Assembly: GCA_004022145.1 (NCBI GenBank)
Contig: RCNU01000018.1
From: Paecilomyces variotii
Lineage: Eukaryota
Direction: 5' to 3' (one strand)
Length of the DNA stretch: 64,000 nucleotides
This document shows positions 50,198-64,000 of this stretch, one piece after another. The stretch's first letter is position 1; every line of letters starts with the position of its first letter. The notes beneath the pieces were generated by a model that worked only from the letters and a program-made list of their open reading frames with translations, was not told the DNA's origin and made no database searches. Position numbers and translations under genes: made by a program.

Positions 50198-50998
50198 GGG
50201 ACTGCCCTTGCAGATTCTGTACCATGCACCTTTCATGAATCGTTCCATAGCCGTCACACCTAATCTATCTACCAATGTAGCTAGTTAGATGCCATTTCTA
50301 CCGATCTAAGAATTCTACCGAAATTTCTTTTGTCTCCCAGAGGCGCTTCTCTAATCTTGTCTCAATCCCATCGGCTTTTCGCGTATGTCTCCATCTTGGT
50401 TGTAGAGTCAAGGTTTGATCGTGTCTGAGAGGTATGTAACGATTAGCCAGTGCTAGCTTTCTCACAGTTTATTTGTCATTAGAGTTGCCAGATCTGCAAA
50501 TAAAAAACGTAGCGATCATTTAGAATCGAGAACCGACCAATCTGAATGCAGATATAGGATCAAAGCTCCTACTTCTGGGACCGTCCTCTAGAGTACGTTG
50601 TAAACGAAACTTGAGCGGGAGGACCAACAAATATCTATCTCTCTACTTGCATGATACGTAAATAGCAGTCGTCCTGAGTATTAATATAACCGATCAGAGG
50701 TCAATTCGACCCGGTTGTATCTGTGATCGATGCAGTCATTAGTTAGCGCACGGCGATGGTCTACTTTATATTTTCAATCGCGAAGCGATAAAGTTATAAG
50801 TGAGGCTAAAATATTGGAAACAAGCACTTCAGCTATTCATACAGACGCTGGAAATAACTTCAGGTCTCGTCTCGCATTATGCCGCCCGGTCTTTCAAGGT
50901 ATCAATGGTAGATCATAATCGTACACGAAAAAAAAAAATGTTAATATGAGAGAAAGAAAAGTGAAGAAATGACACCCTTGTCATGGGAAGTCATAGTA

Positions 50999-52095
50999 TC
51001 AACGACGTCGCCCGGTCCGTCTTGTCGTCGTCCCCCCACTAGTTCCAGTGCTTTTCTTCTCCTTCTGCTTCGTGCGTGAGCTTTGGGTTCTCGTGCTCCG
51101 TGTCTTTTCCGAGCCGCCTGCCTCTGCTTCGGGTTCTTCGCTGCCTTCGCTGTCCTCCTTGGCTCCATCAGTGCCTTCCTCATCCTCCTCGGCATCTTCC
51201 ATCTCCTCGTCTTCTTCTGCGGGACTGGCTCTATCACTGGGTGACTTTTTGAGCGCTTCCACTTCAACCTGGAGTCTGGTCGAGCGCGTACCGCGGGTGG
51301 CAGTACGTGTGTTGCGATTTGTTCGTCGTCCTCGAGACGGCGCTGGCGATGATCGAGGTTCTGTGGTGGAGATCACAACGTTAGCTTAGAGCTTTGACGA
51401 GAGGCGAAGGCTCTCGAACTGACCGTCTGTGTCTGCTACCGTGCTTCCTCGTCTCGATTCGGGGGGACCAGACGTCGTCGGGGATAAGGACGCCTCTACG
51501 GCCAACCGCCGTTCGAACATCAAGTCACCGTACTCGTCCTCGGGGAGTTCGAACGGACAGTAAAGTTCCTTAGAAGGGTCTGCATCGTCGGATCCCTCTG
51601 TGATAAGCGCGTCTTCCTGCAATAATCAAATTGGTCAACCACCTCCCAGCTCCACCAAGGTTGTTGGTGTATGTGCTCACCCGTTCGTCCAGCGCGGGGA
51701 GGTTATAAAGCGTTCCTAGTTTCTTCCATATCCCAGGTATCCGCGTATGTGGCTCATCGGGCGAGGCGTATCCTTGGCTTCTCATGTATTCTGCGATTGC
51801 GATCATTCTGAAATGTTTGTGCATGCCTATTCATCATGAGCGGCACCGGTTAGCGCGACCGACTACACAGAGGTAATGACGGGTCCCACAGACCAACAGG
51901 TTTCCATCGGATGACGCCCTTTAATAATGAAGTCTCCTGTTCATCTGTCCATGGGTCGCTGACAAGATCGTAATCTGCATCTGGCCGCTTGGCGCCTGTG
52001 TTGCTGGGGGTGTCTGCGGAGGGCGGCGCACTGTCGCCTTGTGACGGCGTCGAGGGGCCGCGCGAAGAGATCTTTGGCTTCTTCTTGGGAGGCAT
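50999..52095 (-). CDS. EAF7: NuA4 subunit Eaf7 (CT20/MRGBP family)
   Basis: WTDEQETSLLKGVIRWKPVG|MHKHFRMIAI, IWKKLGTLYNLPALDER, FELPEDEYGDLMFERR; acidic/basic tail; three introns. Confidence 0.85.
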
Positions 52096-52416
52096 TGTTG
52101 CCTATAAACTTGGGATCGAAAATGACTCTCAAGATCGCAGTCGTAGAAAGCGTGGGGACTACAATCCGCTGGTCAAGCTGTAAGCTCCGCGTTCCGCGCT
52201 CGTGACGAGTTCCGGCGGAGGAAACGGAGGAAAGTTGTTCCCAATTAAGATGTGGTCTGTGCACATGTCGCGGGACGCCTATTCCAAGAAGGTACTAGCG
52301 CTTTATCTGCCATGTGACTTTCCTCGACGCGGGCAAAAGCGCGTGTTTGCAGTTGCTGATAAGATCCATGTTCAAGTCTGCAATGGCCTCACTTCCTACC
52401 ATTGTGGGCCATCACA

Positions 52417-55388
52417 ATGAATCTACCAGAGGATAATGTAGATCCTTTCACAGACCGCGACCTATGGAGGTCCTCTGCATTTACTTTCCAGCCGTTGCAG
52501 CCGTTGGAACATCCGCGATGGGACGACGACCTGCCTGGTAAGTCTGCCCTGTCACGGCTGATCACAGTGCTGATGGAAAGAATCCGCCAATAGATCTTGC
52601 GCGTGATGTCTTCCAGAACCCATTGGGTCTGATCGAAAAGGACCCAACCACGGTCTTTCAGCTTGACGTTTTTGGGACCAACCCTTATGCCCTCGAGTCC
52701 ATCGTTCAGCGCAAGTTGTCCACTGAAGAGCCTAGTATTCCTTCAATCCAGGAAACTGAAGAGAAAGGTTCCTGCAAAGAGGAGGAGCCTGACAACATAT
52801 GGTCTCTGGATGGTCTTACGGCGGAAGACGTCGCGCAGTCTCAGCTGAAATCATGGGACGGGTTTTCCCAGCCAGCCTTCGAGGAACCTGTTTCTGCATA
52901 CCTAAGTGAATCAGGAGCCCATGGGTTTGATGCCGCGTTATCTTATCAAGCGTCTCTGACTGGGCTGGAGGACTCAGGTCGTCTTGTGCAGTCGGCTATT
53001 TTCTTCCAATCGCTTTTCCGCCTCGGGCTGGGTTGGAACTCCGTCTTATTCCGATATAATGAGCAGAAACGGACCTTTGAGAAGGAACTCAGAGACGTGC
53101 GAATCTCTGGCGTCAGTCTTCCTGCAGTTGATGGAGTGATCAAGGACATCTCCCAGTGTGGGACCGATTTGCAGAGGATCAGAGCATTCGTACGCACGAA
53201 TCCCGCTGTGTCTGACCAGCCGACTGCTCTGTCGACGCTGGCAGCTGCGACGACGGTCATTGTGTACAGTCTCGAAAAACAACTCTCCGAGCGTTACGAC
53301 CAACAGAGGTCGTTGCTTCAGATTCAAACATTGTTCCAGCGATGCGGCGACCTGGTCGGCACTTTGGTCAATATCATAGACGCCGTCGAGAAAGTTAAGA
53401 CTGAAGGTGAAGTGGTCTCTACTGTGCTGGCCAGATGTGATCACTTCTCTCAGCGCTTTGTCTGGATGGCAGACTTACTACACGAGCTTACCTTCCGTGT
53501 CACCCAGCCATGGCTTAGACTGGTAGAAACGTGGCTCGGGCTACGGGGCGAAGAAAATGCACTGCCTGAGCTTACAAAGAACGGGTTTATCGAAGCAGAA
53601 TATTTTGAGGATCCTACTGGACGAAAGACCGAGCCAAAGATCGTCGATTACCTTTATCATCCTGAGATGATGCCTTCTTTTATACCAGAGCAGCAAGCAC
53701 GCCTTATCTTTGAAAGCGGACGGAGTCTTCGCCTTCTCAAACAGTCGCATCCCAGGCATCCAATTGGCAGGTGTGACATATTGCAAGCTACCTCTCCGCC
53801 CGCTCTCCATTGTGCGATCTCATTCCAGGACATTGAAAGAATCCAGGGGAAGGCTAGTGATTATGAGTATCGGCTGCGCACAGAGATCCTGAGATATATC
53901 AGAGGTGATTCCGCGCAGATCAAGTCTTCGTTTCCACATGGCAATGAAGATGGAGATACGAATGAAATTGAGATGATCGATGATCCAATCAAGCACACCT
54001 TTGAAATCATCGATGTCGACGATGAGAAACATGTCACTGGTCTGCTGGCAGACTCTTCGTCTCTAGAATCGGACAAGCTATATACGATCCTTGCTGGTAG
54101 CGATGGTCTGAATATCGAGGAGGCCATGACTAGTGACAGCCCATTCGGACCACCACTCATGTCAGCCTTCCATCTGTCACTTGCACCCATCATATCAGCC
54201 CAGGCGCGGCTCATTGATTTCTCCTGTCTCCACCTCCTCTTTAAAGAGCAGAAAATCAGATTCCATCTTCATCTACAGTGGCGGTTCCAGCTTCTAGGTG
54301 ATGGTATCTTCGGATCTCGTCTTTCCAATTCTCTATTCGATCCAGAGATGAATAGTGGCGAGCGCAGATCTGGCGTGATGCGCAGCGGCGTTCACACCGG
54401 TTTGCGTCTAGGAAGCCGCGATACCTGGCCGCCAGCAAGTTCAGAACTGCGTCTCGTCCTCATGGGCTTACTCACGGAATGTTATGCTGCCAGTGATAAT
54501 TCCTCAACTGCAACCACAACACCAGGTACCATGCCTCGAGGTACCGAAAACGAACTCCCCGGAGGCCTCAGCTTCGCTATCCGCGACCTATCCGGCAACG
54601 AGCTGTCCAAATGCAAAGACCCAAACGCCGTCGAAGCCCTTGATTTTCTCCGTCTGCAATACAAGCCACCTCCCATTCTCGAACCGATCATTACCCCCCG
54701 CAGCCTACGCAAATACGACCAACTCTTCAAATACCTCCTCCGCCTACTACGCATGATCTCCGTCGTCCGTGGCCTCATCCGCGACTCGACAGCCCGCACC
54801 TCCCTATCCGGCGACACGCACAACCTCTTCCAAAAATTCCGCGTCGACGCCCAACACTTCATCCTCTCCATCAGCGACTACACCTTCCACATCGCCGTCG
54901 GCATCCCCTGGCACCGCTTCGAAGCCACCCTCTCGAAAATCGAACGCTGTCTCGACCGCGGCGATATCGACGGCACCATCGAAACCGCCCACTCCCTCCC
55001 TCATCTCCGCGACTATCACGAAGACACGCTCGATCAGATCCTTTTCGCTCTCTTCCGAACCAAACGCCACGCGCAGGCAGGTCAGCTCCTAGACGATATC
55101 TGCGGAACGATCCTTGCGTTCGCGCCACTGTCCAGACTCGATGGCGAGAACGGAGTCAGACATCAGAGTGAGAAGGCTGTGTTTCAGCTACATGTCACCC
55201 TGCGGAAGCAAATTCATTCCTTCGTGAGCTACTTGCGCGGTTTGGATGCTAGGAAGGTCTCTTCTAGGTCGGGAGGACTAGGCAGCTCGGGGATGATGTT
55301 CGCAAGTGGTAGTAGTGGAAATGGTAATGACGCGACGAGTGTCTTTGAGCAATTACTTCTGAAGTTGGATATGAAGCAGTACTACTGA
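52417..55388 (+). CDS. Gamma-tubulin complex component (Spc97/Spc98 GRIP family), probably GCP6
   Basis: Short exon 1 (MNLPEDNVDPF..DDLP, donor GTAAGT) plus a long exon with IFESGRSLRLL, FQLLGDG, LRLQYKPPPILEPIITPRSLRKYDQLFKYLLRL, LLLKLDM. The GCP6 assignment rests on recalled similarity and adjacency to niaD. Confidence 0.78.
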
Positions 55389-55795
55389 TGCGTGGAGATA
55401 ATAGTCGTCTGAGAGGGCACATTCCGCCTTTTCACTTGTGTATATATTCACACTATTATTGTATCTTATTGATCAGAAAGATCATTGCGAGTCAACGAAT
55501 AGATAAAAAGCTAGCTTGTCTTGAACTCATGCAATTACTGGACACGTTATGTTGCTCTTCTAACTGTAGCTTCATACCGAGCATAATCTTAGTGACGGAT
55601 AGAATATGCCAGTATATGTTTCCATCCAATTGTATTTCTATAAGTTTATAAAGTTCCGAGACTTCGTTTATGGACCGTTTATCTATAGCCTGACCAAGAT
55701 TATAACGCCTTAACCCATGACGAAATTCCGATCGTCTGTGTGATATCCCGTGCTGAAGAACAACCGACACCAAAAACCCACCCGCTAGATATCTA

Positions 55796-58740
55796 CTAGA
55801 AGAACACCATAAGGGATTCATCCCATCCCATAGCCAAAAGCGCCTCACGAGCTGCTTTCTCCATCGCGGGAGGACCGCAGACGAGCACCATGCATTCATC
55901 GACTGGAGATGCATACTCTTTTAGAAGCTCTGCTGAAATACGCCCTCTACGGCCCGTCCAGCTATCGGGCGCTTTGCTCAGGGTGTGGATTATAGTGCAT
56001 CGGTCCGGGTTCTCCGCAGCGTAAGTGTCGAGTTCTGTCCGGCAGAGGATATCCTCTTCGAGCCGGTTGCCGTCTAGCAGGACGCAGGTGGTTGGGTCCT
56101 GCTTATCCTGCATGACGGCGCGAAGCACCTGGAACGGGGGTGTAATACCACTGCCGCCGGTGATCATGCGGAATGAGCGAACGTGGTGTTCTTTGCCCTT
56201 GAAGATAACGTTGCCATTGCCACGGTACTCGAATTTGCCAGTTGGACCCTTGAATTCGACCATTGTGCCAAGAGGGAGCTTTTCGAGGGCCATGGTCATC
56301 TTGCCGCCCGGGGTTGTAGCCGTCTCAAAGTATACCTTTACCAGCACCTCCAGAAAACCTTGTTGGTTCACCTCTGAGACGGGCGTGTAAGATCTAATGA
56401 TGGATTCATCCGTGGAAGGATGTTTGACCTTCATCATGAGATGCTGACCGACAGGCAGACCCAAGTTCTGCTTCTCATGCTCCAGCTTGAATATGAAGAT
56501 TCTAGTGTCCCAAGAAACCACTTTCTTCTCGACCAGTGGTGCCTTAGTCCAAAAGCGGGATTGCAAAAACACATTACGCGGCTCGGTTGATTCTTCCGGC
56601 TCTGAACCGTTCTTCAGTTTCTCCTGAGAGACCTTGTCGAGTGTTCCGATATGGTAATCGGGCATCATCGCCTTGGCGGTTTCGCTGTCTGTGGAGAGAC
56701 ATTAGTATCACAGTTTCTACTAACAGATCTGAAAGTAGCTTACGGATAGCAAGGAACTCCTCAGATGCATCCGTTGCAGCGGCAGAGATAATACTCTGAG
56801 CACCACCTGGATGACCCTCGAGGAACTTGTTACCGTCATAGACTTCCCCGTTCACAACGAACCAAGGCGCTTCAGCAGTAGTGTGTTTCTGAAGTTCTTC
56901 GAGACTGATGATTCTATTAACGCCTTCTTTCTTCATATTGATCTCTTGCACGGGCTCCGGTGCTTTCGGTGGTTCTCCGTCGAGCCTCTCGCCCCAATTG
57001 CCGTTGGTTAGATCGCCACCTTCTTTCTTAACCCGTTCCATCCATCCAGGAATGCTCAGAGTTGGGTGAGTCGGATGCTCAAATTTCAAAGCACCTTCCT
57101 CCTTTAAGATAGCAACTCGGAACCACGGATTGTTCATCATACCGAGTACGGACCAATACATATCGCGAGGCTGGACCTGGAGCGATTCATCCATCGCTCG
57201 AAGGAGAATAGCATCACTATTCTCAAGATCGGACGTCGGTATGGCAAGAGACCAGAAGCACCAACAGAAGCAAGTCTCCCGCCAGGCCATATCCACCCTA
57301 CCACCGAAGAGATATGCGTCGTAATCGCGATATTTGTCTTCCGGGTATTCTATATCCGCCAGCCGCCATGCTTTACGTACGTTAGCGAAGCAGAAGTATA
57401 AAAAAAAAACATGAACATCACCTACATCTTCCTTTGTCCAGCGATATTTCCACCCGATTGATTCGCCGTCCACCACCACCATATGCATAGCCACGGGCGG
57501 TGTATGTAGGACCAGCAGAAGCAAGATGCAGGACTTCGTTGTGCTGAGGATACACGGCAGCGGAGTTAACATTGAGGTCGTAGATAGCATAGCGATCGTC
57601 AAGCCACCACTTCTTCTCTTGTGCTGACAGTTCAGGTGAAATCATAGTACTGATCAATTATTAGCCTTCCAGAAGAACTTCCCCGGCAATATATCACTTA
57701 CGGAAGTACTCTGTTATCGTTGATGTGATACCAGTTATCACTTGGAGCGTCAGTCAGTATTAGCTTCGTCAGCCACTTGACACTCCGTCCGCCAATCTGA
57801 CCAGGGACAACAGCCCTCAGGGGGCGGCCATGATCAGGGGATAGCGACTGCCCGTTCATCTTGTGGGCGAGCATGATTCCTCTATTCGGGTCCAAGACCC
57901 AGTTCAGCTTCACTGATGTGCCGTAGTATCCATTAGGCTGCAGACCAGTCAATACTGTTGAAGATACCTAATCGGCTCAACCATAACTCACCAGCTTGTC
58001 TGCCCCTTCCATACAAACGAATCTTGCTTTTCGGAGCGGCTTTGCCTTTCGAATGATGTCCGCCATCATTGGGCCCGTCCATAAGGCGGTGGAGAGGCCA
58101 GCAGGGCCCCATGAGAAACCCTTTGTTTTTCGCACAATGTTCTGTTCCTTGCGCCTGTTACCGGCACATACGAAGGTGACCGGTGCAGTGATTTGCTCAA
58201 AATCCTGTAATATCTGTTTGAAGCTCAAGGTAATCGGGTTTTCGACCAATCTGCGCATCCTGTTAGTGGAATGATCTAAAGAGAAAGAAGCATTAAGTAT
58301 ATTGCTCACCCCTCAATACTAACTTCCCATGTTGGAATGTCCTCATCCCGAACCTGTGGGACAGCTCCATGATTGCGAACATAGAAGAGTTCCGGCGAGG
58401 TCAGGAAACCTAATAGGCAGTCAGTAAGAGATGTTTATATGTGTTATCTACAACACGCTGCCTGCTTGCCCTCATTGAATAAATCTGTCAACGGCGGTTC
58501 CACGTTGAAGGGATGGACTCCCGTCAACCGAATCAGTCGTGGGTCTCGCGGGACATGGCTATCGGGAGTGTCTTTGTCGACGCTCAGAACTTCTGTCAGA
58601 TTTTTAGACGGCGGTGGAAGAGGAATATCGGGTAGATTTGGTTGCAATTTCTCTTCTCTGTCCACATCGACAGCCTCTAGAGGATAGAGCTTCGTCCTAA
58701 CAACGCTCTCCTCCGTTTGCACCTGTGTGATAGTTGCCAT
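55796..58740 (-). CDS. niaD: Assimilatory NAD(P)H nitrate reductase
   Basis: RLTGVHPFNVEP, FYVRNHG, CAGNRRKEQN (Mo-ligand Cys), HPGG cytochrome b5, RSYTP, ITGGSGITP, CGPPAM; multiple introns, the first being GC-AG. Confidence 0.96.
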
Positions 58741-58974
58741 GATTGATTTACGCGATGGTTGTCATTCTTTCCGTTGGAGCAGGAGATATATTTGTCGAAC
58801 CGTTCAAAGATGGTCTGGATTCAAAGGAACTAATATTGACCTGAAAGTTGAACACTCGGGCCGCAGCATCGGCCTTCTGGGGTAGATTCTTCTGGCCAGT
58901 TGCTATGGTACGTGCCCAGCGGCCATGATGCAAAGGCCGAAGCGAAACCGGTCTGATCGATCGTTAAGTGCGAT

Positions 58975-59714
58975 CTCCGCGGGCGAACTAGGGAATCTCT
59001 GGCTCTACGATCCACCGTTAGAGAATCAAAAGAAGTGGCCCCTGGTGGTGGCAAGACAAATTGGTCGAGATCCACTAGGTAAACACTCTTTCGGGAGGAA
59101 AACATAAAACTGGAACGTAAAGCGAAATCAAACGCGGACTGCGCGGAGACGTTCTCCGGTAGAATGCCTGTGCTGCATCATTCCAGGACTCTGATATCTT
59201 GGCACGTGTATAGCATAGCAATGTCGTACAAGTTCAAGATCTCACTGGTCCTTTGAACGGGAGTATCCTTCTAATTGCGATACTGCAGGAGGTAGTTAGA
59301 GAAACAATGTAGCGTAGTCCATATGTGTTTCCATTAGCATCCTCACACAAAGACCATTGACCCATCCATTATTACGCTGCTGTCGAGTACAGAGCATTGT
59401 TGCCTGCCTGTGTACATCTTTTTGTGTTCTCAATTCCTCGCATTTGATTCGCGAGAATGCGCTGCTTATCGCACGCCGTCCGGTGGAACCCGTGGAGAAC
59501 TTGAAGGCGCCGCGCGATATCTGCTGTCAAGTTTCAAGTCTCCGCGGAAGTGCTTGAAGAAAACCAAAAGAGATCCAGATGCATTCATCGGAGAGATCAG
59601 GAAAGCTAGATGACCCGAACTGGCCTGTATTGGACGTCTTAGCGGAATGCCTGTATCGCAGCCACACTGGTCGGATGTTGTCTGATGCTGTGGTCATAGT
59701 CAAGGGCCACGGAG
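58975..59714. promoter_or_regulatory. NirA boxes and GATA sites in the niaD-niiA bidirectional promoter
   Basis: CTCCGCGG at 58975-58982 and 59540-59547, and CCACGGAG at 59707-59714, match NirA consensus CTCCGHGG. HGATAR (AreA-type) sites at ~59465 and ~59836. Confidence 0.75.
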
Positions 59715-59885
59715 ATACTTCGCCTTCTCGGAGTGACTGGGCGTAGTGGACGGCCACCGTGTGTCACCGTGTGCCATTGTAGATCGTATATGAGTTAACG
59801 ATAGCCTCTAGAACCGTACTTTGTCAACGTAGTCCCTTATCACGGTTGCCAGCCGTTGCTGAGGTCCCTCCCAGCTACGCCGACA

Positions 59886-62800
59886 ATGGTGTCCATCAAC
59901 GGAGTCAGGGACGACCAGCCTGTCAATGGCTACGTCAGCGAGAGTCGCAATAACATCGACAATATCGACCAAGAAAGAGATATTTCCAATGATCTGGAAG
60001 CAGTCAATGGCGCTGGAGGACAGCAAAACGACAGACTGGCACAGGCGGATGCGGGGAGACGCAAGAAGATCGTGGTGGTTGGACTAGGCATGGTGGCCAT
60101 CTCGTTCATGTATGTGACAGTCGAATGATCATGACTCGATCGATAGAGCGTCCTCTTCTAACTGTCAGAAAGTGAGAAAGTAAAGAAGCTCGACGCGCAG
60201 AGGCGGCTGTACGACATTGTGGTGATTGGAGAGGAGCCGCACGTTGCCTACAACCGCGTCGGCCTTTCCTCCTTTTTCGAACACCGCAAGATCGAGGATC
60301 TCTACTTGACCCCCAAAGAATGGGTAAGAAGCCATCATGGTATAGAACGACTAGAGACATCTACTGACTATAGGTAGTATTCATCCTTCGAAGACGGCTC
60401 TTTCAATTACCATTTAAACACTCAGGTCACAGAAATCGTCCCCGAGCACAAGTATGTCAAGACTTCGACCGGTGACTCTGTTTCCTACGATATCCTGGTT
60501 CTTGCGACCGGGTCAGATGCCGTACTTCCCACGCGTACGCCAGGATGGGACGCAAAGGGCGTTTTTGTCTACCGAACAATCTCGGATCTGGAAAGGCTCA
60601 TCGATTTTGCAGCTGAGCACAAGGGTCAGACAGGAGCTACCGTGGGAGGAGGCTTACTCGGACTCGAGGCCGCCAAAGCGATGACGGACTTGCAGGACTT
60701 CGGTGCGGTCAAGCTGATTGATCGTAACAAGTATGTCCTGGCACGACAGTTGGATGCGGACGCAGGAACATTGGTCACGGAGAAGATCCGGGAGATTGGC
60801 CTTGATGTAATGCTCCAGAAACGCGTCGCAAGTATTGATACAGATGCCGACAACAATGTCGTTGGTATCACTTTCGAAGATGGGGAAAGTCTCGAGTGCT
60901 GCTGTATCTGCTTTGCGGTAAGAGTCCAACAGACCTTTTCACTCGAACGGTTACTAATTGGTGATATAGATTGGCGTTAAACCAAGAGATGAACTAGCTC
61001 GAGTCGCAGGTATCGAGTGTGCTCCCCGCGGGGGATTTGTTATCAGCGAGTCGTACGTTTTGACTGTTTTAAACCGATGGGATGAAATTGCTGACTACTT
61101 CTTAGTTTGCAAACATCAGCGCCCGATATCTATGCCATTGGAGAATGTGCCAGTTGGGAGAATCAGACGTTTGGCATCATTGCGCCTGGAATTGAGATGG
61201 CGGACGTGCTGTCGTATAACCTCACAAACCCCGACAAAGAACCAAAGCGTTTCAAGCGGCCTGATCTCAGTACCAAGCTAAAGCTATTGGGGGTTGATGT
61301 CGCAAGTTTTGGAGACTTCTTCGCCGATCGAGATGGCCCGAAGTTCTTGCCGGGCAGACGAGCATCAACCTTCAAATCCCGAGGGGGTCAGATGACGGGA
61401 AATGAGCCAGCGGTCAAGGCGCTTACTTACAAGGACCCATTTGCTGCTGTGTACAAGAAGTATCTCTTTACGATGGACGGTCAGTATCTGCTGGGAGGTA
61501 TGATGATTGGGGATACCAAAGACTACGTCAAATTAAATCAGATGGTCAAGACCCAGAAGAAGCTGGGAGTGCCACCCAGCGAGTTTATCCTTGGATCCCA
61601 GAAAGGAGGAGAAGAGAACGCGGACGAGCTGTGAGTTGGAGTCATAGAATTTCAACTTGCTGCTTACTGACTGCGCATGCAGGGACGATGATACACAGAT
61701 CTGCTCATGCCATAATGTGACAAAAGGCGACGTCGTCCAGAGCGTCAGGAGTGGAAACTGCAAATCAATTCCTGATGTCAAGTCATGTACCAAAGCCGGC
61801 ACAGGCTGTGGTGGATGCATGGACCTTGTTACATCCATCTACAAAAAGACAATGAAGGAAATGGGTCAGGAAGTTTCCAATCATTGTAAGAGCTGGAAGC
61901 CCCTATTCGCTTTTGATTTAGGCTGACCTATTAGTGTGCCCTCATATACCGTTCTCGCGAGCAGACCTCTACAATATCGTCGCTGTCCGGCAGTTGAAGA
62001 CGTTTGTCGATGTCATGACATCCGTGGGGAAGAACCCCGACTCGCTTGGTTGTGAATTGTGCAAGCCTGCAATCGCCTCCATTTTGTCCAGTCTCTACAA
62101 TCCACATCTCATGGATAAGCCTGTCCATGACCTACAGGAAACCAATGATCGGTTCCTGGCAAATATCCAGCGCAACGGCACGTTCTCTGTTGTTCCTCGC
62201 GTGGCTGGTGGAGAGATTACCCCGGACAAGCTCATTGCCATCGGTCAGGTGGCCAAAAAATACAATCTATATTGTAAGATCACAGGTGCTCAGCGTATCG
62301 ATCTGTTTGGCGCCAAGAAACAGGATCTGCTCGGTATATGGGAAGCGCTGGTGGATGCGGGAATGGAGAGCGGTCACGCCTATGCTAAGGGACTGCGGGC
62401 GATCAAGGTCTATTTCCTATTCTCTATGATAGCCTGTAGTTCTACAATAACTGACATATTTTCAGAGCTGCGTTGGAACGACCTGGTGTCGCTTCGGAAT
62501 CGGCGACAGTGTTGGCATGGCCATCCGACTGGAGGAGCGCTATAAGAGCATTCGGGCTCCGCACAAGTTCAAAGGTGCTGTATCAGGGTGCGTCCGAGAA
62601 TGTGCTGAGGCGCAGAACAAAGAGTACGTCAGAGAACATTTGCTGTCGTCAGTAATTGGCATGCTAATACTACGGATAGCTTTGGTCTGATTGCAACCGA
62701 AAAAGGTTTCAACATTTTTGTTGGCGGAAATGGGGGTGCCAAACCTCGGCATGCCGAGCTCCTGGCCAAAGATGTCCCTCCTGAAGAAATTATCCCGCTG

Positions 62801-63685
62801 ATCGACCGATACCTGATCTTCTACATCCGGACCGCGGACAAATTGCAGCGGACTGCTCGATGGATAGAGAACATGCCAGGCGGCATCAGTTACCTGCGGG
62901 AGGTGATTATCGACGACAAGCTAGGCATCTGTGCCGATCTAGAGCGCCAAATGCAGGAGCTCGTGGGCTCATACTACTGTGAGTGGAAGGAGACGATTAA
63001 CAACCCCGAACGACGCAAGTTCTTCCAGCAGTTCGACAACACATCCGAAACGGTGGAGACAGTCGAGATTATTAAGGAGCGGGATCAGCAGCGGCCGACA
63101 TACTGGCCCAAAGAATCCGCCACGGAAGACTTCCGTGGTCATCAGTGGTCGACTGTATCCTGGCAGCCCATCATCCGGGCGGATCACTTCTCTGATGAGA
63201 AGCCACAGATCTCTTCGGCCAATATCAAACGGGGTGACACGCAACTTGCAGTATTTAAGATCAAGGGAAAGTACTACTCGACACAGCAGATGTGTCCTCA
63301 CAAGCGAGCCTTTGTCCTCTCGGACGGGCTCATCGGAGATGACGATGCAGGCAAATACTGGGTCTCGTGTCCGTACCACAAGCGCAACTATGAGCTTAAC
63401 GGAGAACAGGCAGGACGCTGTTCAAACGATGAGGCGTTGAACATCGCAACCTTTCCTGCGGAGGAGCGAGACGATGGCTGGGTGTACCTCAAGCTACCGC
63501 CTGTGGAGGAGCTGGATGCAGTTCTGGGAACAGAAAAGTGGAAGGTCCGCAAGGGTGAGGCAGAAGATCCGTTCGTGAAGGTGGATCAGAAATATAACAA
63601 GAAGGGGATCCGGGGCAAGAAGGTTGGGCATGTCGACGTACAGGTACGCGAGGTGCACTCCACGGCCAACGGGATCGACTGGTAG
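59886..63685 (+). CDS. niiA: Assimilatory NAD(P)H nitrite reductase
   Basis: [35 protein letters not shown] and CPH..GCELC (BFD 2Fe-2S), CVGTTWC/SGCVREC (siroheme-4Fe4S), C-terminal Rieske-like CPHK..CPYH; divergent from niaD. Confidence 0.96.
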
Positions 63686-64000
63686 AATATGCATTTGCTG
63701 GATTTGAACATTAGGGCCTACGATGGTGTCGGTGTTTGTGTTTGTTCGGGTGATGACCTTGGTTTTTTCGTATACATCAGCATTGGTTGAGTATGGCGTT
63801 TGTATGAATACCTGAATATGTCAAGACTCTGATGACGCTGCTTATGGGATTACTGCTAGACATGAATACATTTATGACTTATGAATATCACTCTCATCAT
63901 TTAACATTCATTCATAGGTTCTCAGAGATTCACTACCTAAGTGACGGAGTTCTTCCCAACAAGCTCCACCCATGGGGATAGATAGCCTGGGCTTGCTAGA

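Overview
Fungal genomic DNA (Eurotiales-like, intron-containing genes; species not determinable from sequence alone). 1-24.4 kb is an iron-regulated siderophore gene cluster: an ABCB/MDR transporter (5' part), a SidF-type N5-hydroxyornithine acyltransferase, a SidI-type acyl(mevalonyl)-CoA ligase and a ~4,805-aa SidC-type ferrichrome NRPS (A-T-C-A-T-C-A-T-C-T-C-T-C), with several ATCWGATAA (SreA-type) boxes. Next is a repeat-expanded stu1/CLASP gene, with an ~80-bp-period array of covarying GC stem-loops downstream of its stop. A 276-bp hAT-type MITE with a perfect 8-bp TSD follows. After that come housekeeping genes (BSP peptidase-like, mL44/MRPL3, complex I NUUM-like, Mak32-like, CAP/Srv2, DUF4210/FAM214-like, Fyv7-like, Sec5, IDH2, Eaf7, GCP6) and the divergent niaD-niiA nitrate assimilation pair with NirA boxes. 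Best leads: (i) a SidC NRPS clustered with SidF, SidI and an exporter, suggesting a secreted anhydromevalonyl-ferrichrome; (ii) the strand-specific stem-loop array 3' of stu1; (iii) an orphan SreA box cluster in a convergent spacer. Gene identities come from motif recognition and recall; no database searches were run.
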